NCBI RefSeq assembly: GCF_006345805.1
Contig: NC_043001.1
Coordinates: forward strand, 1,736,001-1,800,000
DNA length: 64,000 bases
From: Octopus sinensis
Lineage: Eukaryota
Direction of reading: 5' to 3'
The notes beneath the pieces were generated by a model, which was not told where the DNA came from, made no database searches, and saw only the letters and a list, made by a program, of their open reading frames with translations. Positions 24,430 to 38,059 of this stretch are shown piece by piece. Position numbers and translations under genes: made by a program. Position 1 is the stretch's first letter; each line of letters begins with the position of its first letter.

Positions 24430-26585
24430 GCAGTACTGGCAACAATGGAATGTGGTGGAAGTTGGTCTCTGTGCATTTTCAGTGTTTATTGCTCCCGAGC
24501 ATCTGCCACATACAAAAACTATATTCCCCGTTAGTCTTCCTTTGATATTGCCGCACCTCTTATGTGTCCATAGCTTACACTGGGTGCATCTTATAGAGTT
24601 TCTACCTACAACTCTACTACAGATTGAGCAGGGCCATCTACCTGAAGGGATTTGTGGTTTGCTTGCCTTCCTACATATTAGGACTTTGGTTTTAGCTAGG
24701 TTGATTCTAAGGCCCTTCAATTCTAATCCTTGTTTCCACACTTGAAACTTCGCCTCTAATTCTGATAGTGACTCAGTTATTAGAGCAAGGTCATCAGCAT
24801 AGAGGAGCTCCCAGGGGCATCCTGTCTTAAATTCCTCCGTTATTGCTTGGAGGACTATGATAAATAGGAGGGGTCTGAGGACTGAACCTTGGTGGACCCC
24901 TACGTCTACCCTGAATTCTTCACTGTACTCGTTACCAACCCTCACCTTACTTACAGCATCCCTGTACATGGCTTGCACAGCTCTCACTATCCATTCATCT
25001 ATCCCTAGTTTCCTCATTGACCACCAGATAAGGTCAACAAAAGCCATCTTTGGCTAGGTATTTCTCCTGCAGCTGTCTAACCAGAAATATAGCATCAGTG
25101 GTGCTTTTTCCTGGCATGAAACCAAACTGCATCTCATCCAAGCTGACTCTCTCCCTAATCAGTTGGGCTATGACCCTCTTCGTAACCTTCATTACCTGAT
25201 CCAACAGCTTGATACCTCTGTAATTATTTGTATCTAAAATGTCACCTTTACCTTTGTAGCAGTTGACTATTATGCTGCTACACCAGTCATTGGGTATGAC
25301 TCCTTCGTGTATCACCTGGTTAACTATACGGGTGACTAGGCTATAGCCAACACTGCCAGATATTTTAAGCATCTCTGCAGTAATTCCTGATGGGCCTGGG
25401 GCTTTCCCTGTCTTCATGCTTCTAATTGCCTTAACTACCAAGGAACTGTCAACTCGGACAGCTGGTCCCTCTGTTGGGTTGACGTTCGACAGATTCTCTT
25501 TATCCCATTCATTTTCCTTATTTAGCAGCCTCTCATAATGATGTCTCCAAACCTCTCTCTTTGCATCCTCATTTAGCGCAAGTGAACCATCATCCATGCG
25601 AAGACATTTCTCTCCTACCACATCACAATTCTCTCTCACATACTGTCTTGCAACACGAAATACCTCAAGTCTTTCATCCTCACGGTGTAGAACATTGGCA
25701 AATTTTTTCTTATCTGCTTCCCCTCTGGCTAAATATACCTGCCTCCTAGCTTCCCTTCTGGCAGTCTGATACACTTCCCTGCTACCACCGTTCTTCCAGT
25801 CCTTCCAAGCCTGTTTCTTTTGTCTAATAGCCCTGTCAACAACATTGTTCCACCACCACGTTATTTTGAGTCAGGAGGGGACTTTGCACCATCCACAGAT
25901 CTGGTCGGTGGCCCTTAGCAGGTTGTCCCATAGGAACCTCCAGTTGTCTTCTAGACCATGTGAAGCAATATCCCCTTCTATTTCATCAAAGGCTTCAAGT
26001 AATATGTCTCTAAATCTCTGTCCATTTGCAGGATCTTTAAGTCTCCAGACCCTTCTTCTCCTTGCTGGTTGTCTTCTGGGCATCCATTTAACCCTGATCC
26101 TGAAGTCACTAACTACTAGTCTATGTTGTGGGGTACATTCTTTGCCTGGGAAGGTTTTGGTATTTATAAGCAGCCATTATTCCCTTTTTCTGGTGAGGAT
26201 GTAGTCGATCTGACTAGTGTGTCTGCCAGAGCGGTAGGTGACTAGGTGGCTGGCAGGTTTTCTGAAGTTAGTATTGCAAGCCATAAGATCATTTGCGTCA
26301 CAGAACTCCAGCAGCCTGGTTCACTCCTCATTGTGAGAGCCAAAACCGTAGCCTCCATGTATGCCATGGAAGCCCCTGTCATGTTGTCCAACATGTCCAT
26401 TGAAGTCACCATTCACAAAAAGAAGGTCCCTGTCATTCGTCAATGCGGTAGTCTGCAAAAGGGAGTCATAGTATCGGTCTTTCTGTCCATCGGGTAGCCC
26501 TGGCTGAGGGACATAGGCCGAGATAATGGTTGCTAACCCATGATTGAGCACTAATCTAATCTTAAGTATTCCTAATCTTAAGTAA
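24430..26585 (-). mobile_element. RTE-like LINE copy 1 (partial EN, RT, PHD-like finger), truncated at both ends
   Basis: IISAYVPQPGL..GDFNGHVG (APE); KTGKAPGPSGITAE..NYRGIKLL..QFGFMPGKSTTDAIF..GVHQGSVL.PLLF..LLYADDL; then CSIC..CTQCKLWTHKRC..CGRC. Confidence 0.93.
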
Positions 26586-29480
26586 TACCAGTCTGCTAAA
26601 TAAATACTCTTAAATGGGTCAGACATGCAGCACTAGCATTGACCATAGCTGTGATCTCACTTTAGTTGCTAGGTCTTCTCAATCACAGCATATTTCCAAA
26701 AGTCTTGGTCTCCTGTCATTGCCACTGTGAGGCCGAACGTTTAAAGGTCATGCTTCACCACCTCATCCCATATCTTCCTGGGTCTACCTCTTCCACAGGT
26801 TCCTTCCCCAGTTAGGGTGTGGAATTTCCTCACACAGCTGTTCTCATCCATACATAATACATGACCATACCAGTGCAGTCGTCTCTCTTGCACACCATAT
26901 TTGATGCTTCTTGTGTCCAACTTTTCTCTCAGGGTGCTTACACTCTATCGTGTGTGCACACTGACATTACACATCCAGCAGATCATACTAGCTTCAATTC
27001 TTTCAAGCCTACACATGTCCTCAGCAGACATGGCCCATGTTTCACTGCTGTGTAGCATGGTAATTCACACCCATGCATCATACAGTCTACCTTTTACTCT
27101 GAGCGAGAGGTCCTTTGTTGTTAGCAGAGGTAGGAGCTCTCTGAACTTTGCCCAGGCTATTCTTTTCTAGCCACTACACTCTCAGAGCAACCACTCCCAC
27201 TACAGACTTGTTTGCCTAGGTAACAGAAGTTATCAACTACTTCTAGTTTTTCTCCCTGGCATGTGATGGAATCTGTTTTCTGTACATCTTCAGTGTTTAT
27301 TGCCCCTGTGCATCTGCCACATACAAAAACTATCTTTCCGGTTAACCTTCCTTTGATGTGTCCATAGCTTACACCGGGTACATTGGGTAGAGTTTCTAAC
27401 CATGCCTTTTCTACTGATCAAGCAAGGCCTTCTACCTGAAGGTGTTTGTGATTTGTCAGTCTTCCTACTTACTAAGACTGTGGTTTTTGCTAGGTTAACC
27501 CTAAGACCCTTCAATTCTAGACTTTGCTTCCACACCCTAAACTTTGTCTCTAGTTCTGGCAGTGACTCAGCTGTTAGAGCAAAGTCATCAGCATAGAGGA
27601 GCAGCTTGTCTTGAATTCCTCTATTATTGCCTGGAGGACTATGATGAATAAGAATGGCTGACGACTGAACCTTGGTGAACCCCTACTTCTACCTGGAATT
27701 CTTCACCATACTCGTTGCCAACCCTCACCTTACCAACATCCTCCCTGTACGGGGATTGTACAGCACTTAACAACCACTTGTCTATCCCTAGTTTCCACAT
27801 TAACCACCAGATAAGGGATTGGATGACTCTGTCAAAGGCTTTCTCCAAGTCAACAGAAGCTAAGTACAGAAGTTTATCTTTGGCTAGATATTTCTCCTGC
27901 AGTTACCTTACCAGAAATATAGCATCAGTGGTGCTTCTGCCTGGCACAAACCTAAACTGCATCTCATCTAGGCTAACTTTCTCCCTAATTAGTTGGGCTA
28001 TGACCCTCTCCATAACTTTCATCACATGATCCAATACTTTGATACCTCTGTAGCAGTTGACTATGGTGCTGCTACACCAGTCACTGGGTATGGCTCCTTT
28101 ATGAAGTACCTGACTTACGATGTTGGGGGCAAGACCATAACCCACACCACCTCATATTATAAGCATCCTAGCAGTGATTCCTGATGGGCCAGGTGCTTTC
28201 TTTGTAGTCATATCCTTAATTGGTTTTCTACCTGGGTAATGTTGATTCAGGTAGCTGGTCCCTCAATTGGGTCAACCTTTGGCAGACTCTCCTCCTCTCA
28301 TTCCTTCTCCACATTCAGCAGTCTTTCATAATAGCATCTCCAAGCTTCTTTCTTTGCAGAATCATTAAATGCAAGGGCACCATCATCCATGCATACACAT
28401 TTTTCTCCTATAGCATTACGGTGTTCTCTCACACACCGTCTTGCAATCCAAAATACTCCAGTTCTGTGGTTCTCACGTTGCTGAACATAGGCAAACTTCT
28501 TTTCTGCTACTCCTTGGCTATGTATACCTGTCTCCTAGCTTTCCTTTTGGCTGATACATTCTCCTGCTTCCCCTAACTATTCCAGGCCTTCCAAGCCCGT
28601 TTCTTTGCTCTAATGGCACTGTCTCCAGTATTGTTACACCACCTTGTTACCCTAGGTCTGGAAGGAACTTTGCACCAGTCACAGATTTGGTCTGTGGCAC
28701 TCAGCAAGCTGTCTCACAGGAATTCCCAATTGTCTTCTATGTCACAGGACTGTAACTCCTCCTCCCTATCAAATTTCTTGGTAAGGATATCTCCCAGTCT
28801 CTGACCATGTGAAGGGTTCTTTCGCTTCCAAGTCCTTCTTTTCCAGATTGGTCTGCTTTTTGGCATCTTTCTGGCCTTAAGTCTAAAGTTACTAATAACT
28901 AGTCTATGCTGGGGGGTACATTCTTCACCAGGGAAGGTCTTTGTATTTAAGAGCAACCATGTTCCTGCTGTCTGGTGAGAATTAAATCAATCTGGCTAGC
29001 AGAGTTACCTGACTGATAGGTTATCAGGTGGTTTCCTGAAGTTGGTGTTGCAGATCAAAAGGTTATTTGCATCACAGAACTCCAGGAGCCTAGTTCCTTC
29101 TTCATTTCTGGTACCAACTCCATGGTCCCCATGTACCACATGGAAGATACCAGGTTGCTATCTGACATGCCAATTAAAATCTCAACCCACAAAGATGAGA
29201 TCATTGTCCCTCATCTCTGAGGTAGCTCACAGAAGAATATCATAAAACTGCCCACTTGTGGGGCGTAGGCAGAGATAATTATAGCTATACAATTCTGCCA
29301 GACTAGCCTGAGTTTAAGTACTCTATCGCACACCCTCACTACCTCTATGACTTTATCTACCCATTTCTCTGCAAGAAGTATGCCCACACCCCCTATTCAA
29401 TCACTATTACCTTCCCAGAAGAGTTTATACCTATATGATTTGCCTGTGCTAACTTATTTAAAACCCTAAAATTGATGCTT
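26586..29480 (-). mobile_element. RTE-like LINE copy 2, same family, more complete and decayed, head-to-tail with copy 1
   Basis: Homologous EN, RT (MEKAFDRV, GVHQGSV, LLYADD) and Cys-rich segments, plus the C-terminal RLHWYGHV..GRGRPRKIW region and 3' UTR. Confidence 0.92.
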
Positions 29481-29603
29481 AGACATGATTTTCTAGGAGT
29501 GAATGCCCTGCTTATCACCAACAAAATGTATTGGATAAATTTTTCTTGTGGCATCAGTTATAGTAGGGTGGAAAAGACCTTGGTGAAATAGGAATAACCT
29601 TTT

Positions 29604-29797
29604 TCTTACCATATTTCTAGAGAAATACTCGTTTTTAATTATTTTGAAAATAATAAAGTATTTAGCAAAACAAATTGTTATTAATTTGAAGTTTGAAACA
29701 AAATAATGGAGGATTTTAATTTAAATAGTTTTGAATCAGAGAGCTGTATCATAGAATCAGGGGTGGTCTTAAGTGGGTTGGCATTGAAAAGGTGAAA
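29604..29797 (-). mobile_element. MITE family 2 copy (decayed)
   Basis: Reverse complement similar to 59020-59248 and 59284-59502. Confidence 0.65.
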
Positions 29798-31102
29798 AGG
29801 ATCTCACAACTCTACCCCTTCTTAGCTCATTTGTCTATCCCTTTACAGTGTTTACTTGGGAGCATTCTTGTGATACCAGCCTAGACAGGTAGCCTTGCAC
29901 ACAATTCACCTGTAGAGAGGGGTACAAAAGGGTTCCATTTGCTCCAGTATAAGTGTAAAGTATCTTGTATACAGGATATGGGGGGTGGGGTCAATCCCCA
30001 GCAACCTAAGGTGCATTGAATAAGAGGAGAATGTGAAAAGAGCAATGACAGCAGAAAGGCCAGAGATGGGATGGTGATTGAGTAGTGGGGATAGGAGAGT
30101 AAATGTAGAGAGTAGTCAATAACCTAGGGTGTATATAGTGGTGGTGGTGGTGGCTGTCGGGGTATGTGTCACTTTCTAAAATATCCATCCATCTTGCCAG
30201 TATTGCTGTAATTAAATATCGTTGACTTTTCCTCTTACAAATTACTAAACAATTCACCCATGGTAATCCTAAATACCTGTTGGTTTTTTCAATGAATCAC
30301 ACACGCAATACCATTTCCCTGGAGCCGAATAAGTTTTAGCTTACCTTGATGTTTTGTTTCATTAAAAAATACAATTAATCTGGCTTAGCTATTATATTTG
30401 TTGTCATTTTTTCATTATATTTTTATGATCTTCTTATTTACCTTGGCTTTCTAATTACTCTCCATCATATCCGTATAGAGCTGGGAATATTGTTGAAGGT
30501 AGAAGATATATGACTTCATTAATAAGAAATGGTTTTTAATGTCAACATCAAGGCCTTTAATGGTCATTGTTGCAACACTTTCTGTTGATTTACTGAGGGT
30601 TGTTTGATTTTTTTTTTCTAAATGTCTTTTTCAACAGGGTCAAATTAACAAAACATTCTGCTTACTAAACATTCTGACACCAACTCCGTTGAGATTAATC
30701 CCACTCTTATGAGAGAACTCTCTTGTTTCAAAGTGTTACTATTTCAATGAAAATCTTCCATCATACTTCAGAATATAAAAACTTTTGTGAACTTGTCTTC
30801 TAAGTGATATCAGTAATTCTTTTTTTTTTTTTTTTATTGGAACAAGCATTTTTGATTTAGCTTAGAATGTCTGGGGTATTTATCATCGAGGTAGTGTATC
30901 AGGGGTATTTATCCCTAAGGAAACCAAATCAGGTTGAAATATGGTGCCTGGTGATCCACTGACATTCTAAGGAAAGTCCTGGTTTGTTAACCCAAAATCT
31001 TCTACGAGAATATTATAGCTATGTTCTTCTACATTTGTATATACGTTATGAATGCTATGCACATGGATATGTTTATCTAAGGCTATTTCAAGTATGTATA
31101 AT

Positions 31103-31335
31103 TATTTCTTTATTGTCCACAGGGGGCTAAACATAGAACAGACAAACAAGGACATACAAAGAGATTAAGTTGATTACATTGACCCCAGTGCGTAACTGGT
31201 ACTTATTTAATTGACCCTGAAAGTATGAAAGGCAAAGTCGACCTTGGTGGAATTTGAACTCAGAATGTAAACACTGACAAAAATTCCGCTAAACATTTTG
31301 CCTGGTGTGCTAACGATTCTGCCAGCTCAATGCCC
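31103..31335 (-). mobile_element. SINE family A
   Basis: Reverse complement of the 22221 copy. Confidence 0.88.
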
Positions 31336-31934
31336 TATTTTAAGTATATATATTAACTTAATCCTAATAAGCTTTACAACTCTCCAAGATCCTTATTATA
31401 CTTAAAGGGAATTCAGCATTTGAACTATAATTAGGAAAAGGTTACAGAAACGAAGTTACAAAACAGAAGTCAAGGATCCAAAGAGAGAAGTGGTGGCCAC
31501 CACCATAGAAAACATGTTAAAACAGACAATAGAGCACCAGGTTCCATTGTTAGTTTTGGTATGGTTCCTATCACTGGATGACCTTCTTAACACCAACCAC
31601 TTTACAGAGAGTGTTAGGTGCTTTTTACATGACACCATTACCAAGTACCTTGCAAGGCAAAAAAGCCCTTGACAAGGAGGAGGGAGAAGTATAGAGGGGC
31701 GTGTCTTTGTGGCAGTTGATGAGAGATTAGAAGTATAGAGGGGCAGAGACAAGTGTCTTGCTGTAGAAGAGAAACAAAGATGGCCCAGTTAGAAAAGAAA
31801 GGAACTTGAGTTAAAGTAAGATGTGTGTGTACATGTGTGTGTGTGTGTGTGTGTATGTGTGTATGTGTGTGTGTGTACGTATGTGTGTGTGTGTACGTAT
31901 GTGTGTGTGTGTGCATGTGTGCAAATGTGTGTGT

Positions 31935-32080
31935 GTGCAAAGGGATTGTTTTAGTTTCTGTGTATGATAACTAAGGCTTAAATAGAAAACACCTGCCCTA
32001 TGTGCCACACACTGCAGGACTGAACCCAGGACCTTATGGTTGGGAATGAAATCTCTTGAGCACACAGTCACATCCATGCT
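31935..32080 (-). mobile_element. tRNA-derived SINE family B (GGTTCAGTCCC..CTTGGGCAAGTGTCTTCTAC..CCAAAGCCTTGTGAGTGGATTTGG)
   Basis: Related fragments at about 2580-2680(-), 12150-12290(-), 33625-33780(-), 34097-34410(+), 35940-36010(+), 38085-38150(-), 51600-51760(+), 57600-57750(-) and 58100-58275(-). Confidence 0.75.
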
Positions 32081-33317
32081 TCACTTATAAACCAAACTTT
32101 ATAGTTGAATAATTATTGTTTAAGAAGGGCATCAAATCATAAAAATTAAAATATAACAGATCATCGTTGGCAATAAATCTCATTTAAGCAATGTCATCAA
32201 TGGTCACACTGCCGGAGTACAATTATTTCTCAGTCCACAATGATAAATAATCAATCAACATTTTTAATAAATCTCTACAATGCTCTGATAATTTCAATAT
32301 TTTTAGAAATATAAAAGTAAAAAAAAGTTTTCAGTTGGGAATAATTTTATAGAAAATTTTGAAAGGAGAAATGAAGATATTAATTCAACATAAAAATCAT
32401 CATCATCATCACCATTATCATAGTAATTATTATCATTATTAATATTATCATGGCAAATAAATACATCCCCGTTATCATCATCACCACCATCATCATCATC
32501 ATCACCATCATTGTCATAATCATCATTGTCATCATCATCATCGTCATCGTCGTCATCGTTGTCATTGTTGTTGTCGTCATCATCATCACTGTCATCAGCT
32601 TCATCATTAATATTATTTGCTATTAAGAGAATAAATTGCATGAGCGGGGAGTGAAAGAAATCATTTAAAAAAATTGAAAATTCAGTTTCAGTTGAGATGT
32701 TGGTGTTCATGACCTTTGCTGACCTTTTGACCCCTTTCCCCACTCTTCCGACAAGTGAGATCGATGTGGTTGATGTTCAGTTTAAACATAATTTTGTATG
32801 CTGAGGTTTGCAGGGAAAATATTGCCAAAGACAGGAGTAATCTGAGAGTGAGGGGTGGGGATGTGAATCTGGGGGACAATGATGAAGTGTTGTTGTTGTT
32901 GTTGTCATTGCTTATCTCCATATCAACCCTCGATGAATAAACATTCAAGACATGACCATTCCAGCTTCCTATTTGTCACTTGAAGTATATCCAGGATTGT
33001 AGAGTTGTTTTTGTTCTTTTAAGGTGATAGGGTATGATTTGAGAGAGATTTGGTTGCAATTTCTAGCAGGCATATGACTGTTTCTTTTTCTTTTATGCTT
33101 ATTTTGCATCTGTTATTCTACACTAACTGGATGCTCTTCCTGCCGCTAACTCTTGTCCTTTTCAAGTAGGGATTTTTTTTTATTACACAAGTCTTTGAAA
33201 GTGCAGAGTTACCAGATGATTTTTGAGCAAGGAAATAACAGCAGGGGAAACAGTAGTAACTCTGACTTTTCATACAATCACACACACACGTGCACACACG
33301 CACCCACGCACACATAC

Positions 33318-33376
<59 letters not shown>

Positions 33377-33399
33377 GTGAGCTTTGTATAGTTTCCTAT

Positions 33400-33622
33400 T
33401 TCATTATTGCCCACAAGGGGCTAAAAATAGAGGGGACAAACAAGGACAGACAAAGGGATTAAGTCGATTACATCAGTGCACAACTGGTACTTAATTTATT
33501 GACCCCAAAAGGATGAAAGGCAAAGTCGACCTCGGCAGAATTTGAACTCAGAATGTAACGGCAGACAAAATACTGCTAAGCATTTTGCCCGGCACGCTAA
33601 CGTTTCTGCCAGTTTGCCACCT
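33400..33622 (-). mobile_element. SINE family A
   Basis: Near-complete reverse-complement copy next to (CA)n. Confidence 0.92.
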
Positions 33623-34521
33623 TAATATTGTATTAAGTTTGTATAGTTTCCGCCAACCAAATTCCTTCCCAAAGCATTTGGTGGTTTAGTGTTGTTGTAG
33701 AAGACTCTTGTCTTGGGTGCTGTTTAGCAAGAATGAACCTAGAACCAAGTGATTGTAAAACGAATTCTTCAACAACACAATCTCATCTGCTGAGAAAATG
33801 ATGAATGTTTAATTAAGCAAATTCACAGGCCTGCATGCACTTACATTAATCAGCATTAATTAAAGTGTTACAGTACATTAATTAACTAAATATTAACGAT
33901 GATTTAAAATATTAAAACCACCAAAGAAACCACAGAGTGCAATGCTTCAGAATTTAATGAAAGCTTGTTAGAGACTGATTAAGCTTAATCAAAACATTGA
34001 TTCTTTTTTTGGTCTTGAAATGAAATGGGATCAATGGTGTAACAATTCTTAGTTGGAAAATGTTCTTCTCTGGAAGTCTTGAGTAAATTTAAGGGTGGGA
34101 AAATCTGTTCATATTGGTTGACCAAAGCCTTGTGAGTGGATTTGGTCGAGGAAAACTGAAAGATGCCAGTCACCTATACATGTGTGTGTATGTGTGTGTG
34201 CTTGTGTGTCTGTTTGTATGTTTGCGTGAGTGATTTCCTGGTTGTAAACAAGAGGCTCATTCATATACCATGTATTTTCAGTTCTCTGTGGTAACATATT
34301 CAGACTGTTTGTTGTTTGACCAAGTCGGATATTATTCTTTCACTTTGAAAACCAATGGGAGTTGGCCTCAGAAAGTCGATGCAGTTCTTGAGAAACCGGC
34401 TCCAACTTACTCTTGTATGACCCAGTCATGGTCGTTACAAGCATGGAAAAGTAGATGTTAAAACAATGGTGATGATGATGATGATGACAACAATGAATAT
34501 GGTGAAGACATTGTTAAAACA

Positions 34522-34568
<47 letters not shown>

Positions 34569-34759
34569 GATGACGATGATGATGATGAAGACGACGATGA
34601 TGATGATTACTGTTTATTTGAACACAAGAAAAAGACTTTCACCTTTGTTAGTCCAAATAAATCTTCTCCAAGTTTGCCATTATTTGTAAAGGCAACCAAC
34701 CAGGCTGTGGTTTCCATATCTGTTGCCTTATCTACAGCTTTTAAATAAAACACACATTA

Positions 34760-35276
34760 TGATGCTGTGAGCTTTAAGGATTCTTGGATACAGCGAGCCA
34801 TGTCATTTACACTGTGAGATACGTGATAAACTAATATTCTCAAACAATTTGACATTTTCTGGAATTAAAATTCATGCAACAGCAAATATGCACTCACTTT
34901 TTAATAAACTTGCCTTCAACATGCAGCTTCATTTTCTTGGCAATTAGCTTACACACTTCATAACTTGCTTACATTGCAAAAGTATTTTCATTAATATGTA
35001 TTTTTGAAAATAGATTGCTGTTTACATAAAGATTCTTGGGAAATGCTGGCTTGTCTAAATGCCAAGTCCCTTTCAGTTTTTTTTATATTCAGGATGCTTG
35101 GTCAAACAGAAGAGTTTAAAACCACTTTTTTATCATCATAAACTGCAACCAAATCTTTAACAAATAAGACACACAGAATTTCCATTTACTTCTATGAAAA
35201 AATAATTATCTGTCCATTTTTTATTGAACAAAGAGCTGTCTCTGTCAATTCTTTTTCTTTTATTAATTCCAGCCAT
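34760..35276 (-). mobile_element. hAT transposase remnant (SPIN/Charlie, GTF2IRD2-like)
   Basis: MAGINKRKRIDRDSSLFNKKWTDNYFFIEVNGNSVCLIC (BED-finger start), then ASYEVCKLIAKKMK..EGKFIK.ECI..LFENISLSR; stops and deletions. Confidence 0.8.
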
Positions 35277-36374
35277 ATTTAAGAATGGGTTACTTTTACG
35301 CACTTCGTAATATTGATGTAAAATATTTAATAAAAATAGGCAAATGAACTGTGAATGCTGCCAGCATTCAAAATTATTGCATTTAATTTCTAATGAAGCT
35401 GCCGACAACTTGCCGAGACAAACTAAAATTCATTCTGACTGTTCAACACCACTAAACAATACTCTATAAGAATGAATAAATGTCTGCAAGCAGGGCTTTA
35501 TTTTTTAAGGAGAAATATATATGCTAAATGCCAATAAAGGTATGACTAATATGTAATCAATTTGGAGGTATTCTAACCTATGATTAATGTTACAAGACAA
35601 GCATTATGGACAACAGAAATATATTAATGACTTTGAGAGAGTTGCGAAAAACTTATATATTGTTTTGATCTTAACAATGAAATCCTTTTATTCCTAATTT
35701 ATACAGGATTGTGGAGAACTTTGTGGAAAGTTTTGATTTGGAATTTGGACAAAATGTTGCATATTGGTTGACAGAATCTTTAGAATGTCAGAAAAAAATG
35801 TTTAGTAATATTTGTTCTGGGTCCTTATGCTCTGAGTTCAATCCGGGGTGTTGACAGCTTTTGTTGTTCAACTTTTCAGGGTCAATAAATTATACACGAG
35901 TCATTCATTGAAGTCAATGGGATTAACTAGACACCGTTTATACAGAAAGGCAGACATGACTGTATGGTTAAGAAGTTAACTAAGTTCAATTTCACGGTGC
36001 AAAACCTAGCCCTTGGAGCCTATTCTAAGTTTATTATTAGGTTTAAAGCATAAATGTGATAATTGAAGCTCTTTAAATAATACATTGTAATTTTCATTTT
36101 CAAAATGATATCATTTTAATTGCTATACTGTTTTCTATAGAGTTAGTGGTAGAGAAAAGGCACCCAGTACGCTCTATAAAGTGTTTGGTATTAGGAAGGG
36201 CATCCATCCATAGAAACCATTGCCAAAGCTGACCCTGGAGCATGTTACAGATTGCCAGATCCTGTCAAGCTGTCAAACCCATGCCAGAATGGAAAAAACG
36301 GACATTAAAGGATGATGATGGTGATGAGGATCATCATCACAAAAAGTTAATAATTAAAATACTATTAGAATTAG

Positions 36375-36451
36375 AATGCAGTGTTAGCAGCATGTGCATA
36401 TGGCTACTAACCCCAAGATTCCGAGTTTGATTCCAGGCAGTGACCTGAATG

Positions 36452-36485
<34 letters not shown>

Positions 36486-36640
36486 CAACATGGAAAAATA
36501 TCTTAGGAATGAAACCCAGGTTCGAAATTTCTCCAAGACACCTGATGAAGGCTGGAGGGTATATCAGCTGAAACGTTTTGTTAACAACAAACAAGATGAG
36601 GACAAATATCAGTCAAATGTAAATAATGTAAATAAAATAA
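36375..36640 (+). mobile_element. Composite element: tRNA-like head + (AAT)n + Penelope-type 3' module
   Basis: Anticodon-arm-like GGCTACTAACC and B-box-like GAGTTTGATTCC; (AAT)n at 36452-36480; CTGATGA..GAAAC motif; AATAATGTAAATAA tail. Confidence 0.6.
36537..36582 (+). ncRNA. Minimal type I hammerhead ribozyme motif (degenerate)
   Basis: GACAC-CTGATGA-A-GGCTG(GAGGGTATAT)CAGCT-GAAA-CGT-T-TTGTT. Core intact, palindromic ACGT stem III, one mismatch at the base of stem I. Confidence 0.55.
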
Positions 36641-38028
36641 TATATCTGACAATTTATTGTTTTACCATTTTTAACTTGTAAAGAACATTTCCATGTGAAA
36701 AGAATGGAGTTACAGGGAAAATGAGAAACAGGAATAAAAATATACTTAAATACAGGTAAAAAAGTGGTGAATGCTTAAAAATGTTGCATTTCAAGTTAGA
36801 CTTTCACTTCAATAATTGACTTTATTTTGGTGGGGAGGAATTAGATGGAGAAAGGTAAGAAAAACACCAAAAGAAAAATGGAAAAAGTTAAACGAAAAAC
36901 TAAAAGAAATTTCATTAACATAATGCCCAAGGATACCCTTGGGCAGTACTTGAATTTGAAGGACCATTTTCTTTCCCTTATAGAACCCTATCATGTGCGT
37001 GTCTAACTGTGATTATACCCCATGACTTTTTCTGATTCTAAGGAAGATTTGATTCACTTTAAGGAAGAGAGGTGCATTGATGAAGCTTTATAGAAGACTT
37101 GAGTTATAGGGGGGGAGGTGAGGGGGTTTCTCAGTGATGGGGAATACAACAGTTTATTTGACTTTTGCAAAGCGGTTAATATGCATCCAAGTTTCTTCAT
37201 CTTATTAAAATGTTAGTTCAGCTATAATTGGAAAGATATGAGAAGAATATTTTTAATTTTAAAAGACAGACAACATCTTCATTATATACGAGTGAGTCGA
37301 ACCTTTCCCGTCAACAACTTTCTTTTATTCCATAGAAAGCAAATATAGGAAGTTCAATAAAGAATTTTTTTCCTAGAGGGAGTTAGAATCTAAAGAGGTG
37401 ATGCTGGTGTGCGCGTGTGTGTGTGTCTGTGTCTATGTGTGTGTGCATGTGTGTGTGTGTGTGTGCATGTGTGAGTGTGTGTGTGTGCATCTGTGAGTGT
37501 GTGTGTGTGTGTGTGTGCATGTGTGTGTGTGTGTGTGTCTGTGTGCATGTGTGTGTGTGTGTGTGTGTTATACTTTTATATTTAAGTGAAACTAAAAGCC
37601 ACATATTTATTATTCAGTTCCACCTTCGGCTGCCATATTGAAAGCTTCCACTTGCTCTTCTCTTGTCCTTTTCCAGGTGCAATGAATTATTTCTCCCGTG
37701 CCTGCATTGTTCCTTCAAGTGCGAGAATATAGGAAGGTTCCTATTCAAACATACACACACCTGCTCACGCTGCCTTCTGATTCTAATTATATTTTCAATA
37801 TTTAGATACTTATCAAGGAATATCGTAGCATTTTACATTCTTCCCTATATTTTAAATTAGAATTTATAATTATATTTAGCACACCCCCCCCCACCAGACC
37901 CACTCAACTCATAGCTTCTCCCTAATCAGGTAACTACTCAGGTTCCCTTTCCTCCTCCACTGTTCGGATAAACCAAAGGTGAGACAACTTGGAGTACATT
38001 GCTAACCCTCTCTCTTCCACCCTCTCTT

Positions 38029-38059
<31 letters not shown>

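Noticed and set aside
30170-30830. A-rich minus-strand stretch suggestive of decayed LINE ORF1 (similar at 41900-42560 and 43340-44260)
   Set aside because: No diagnostic motif survives, so no call can be supported.
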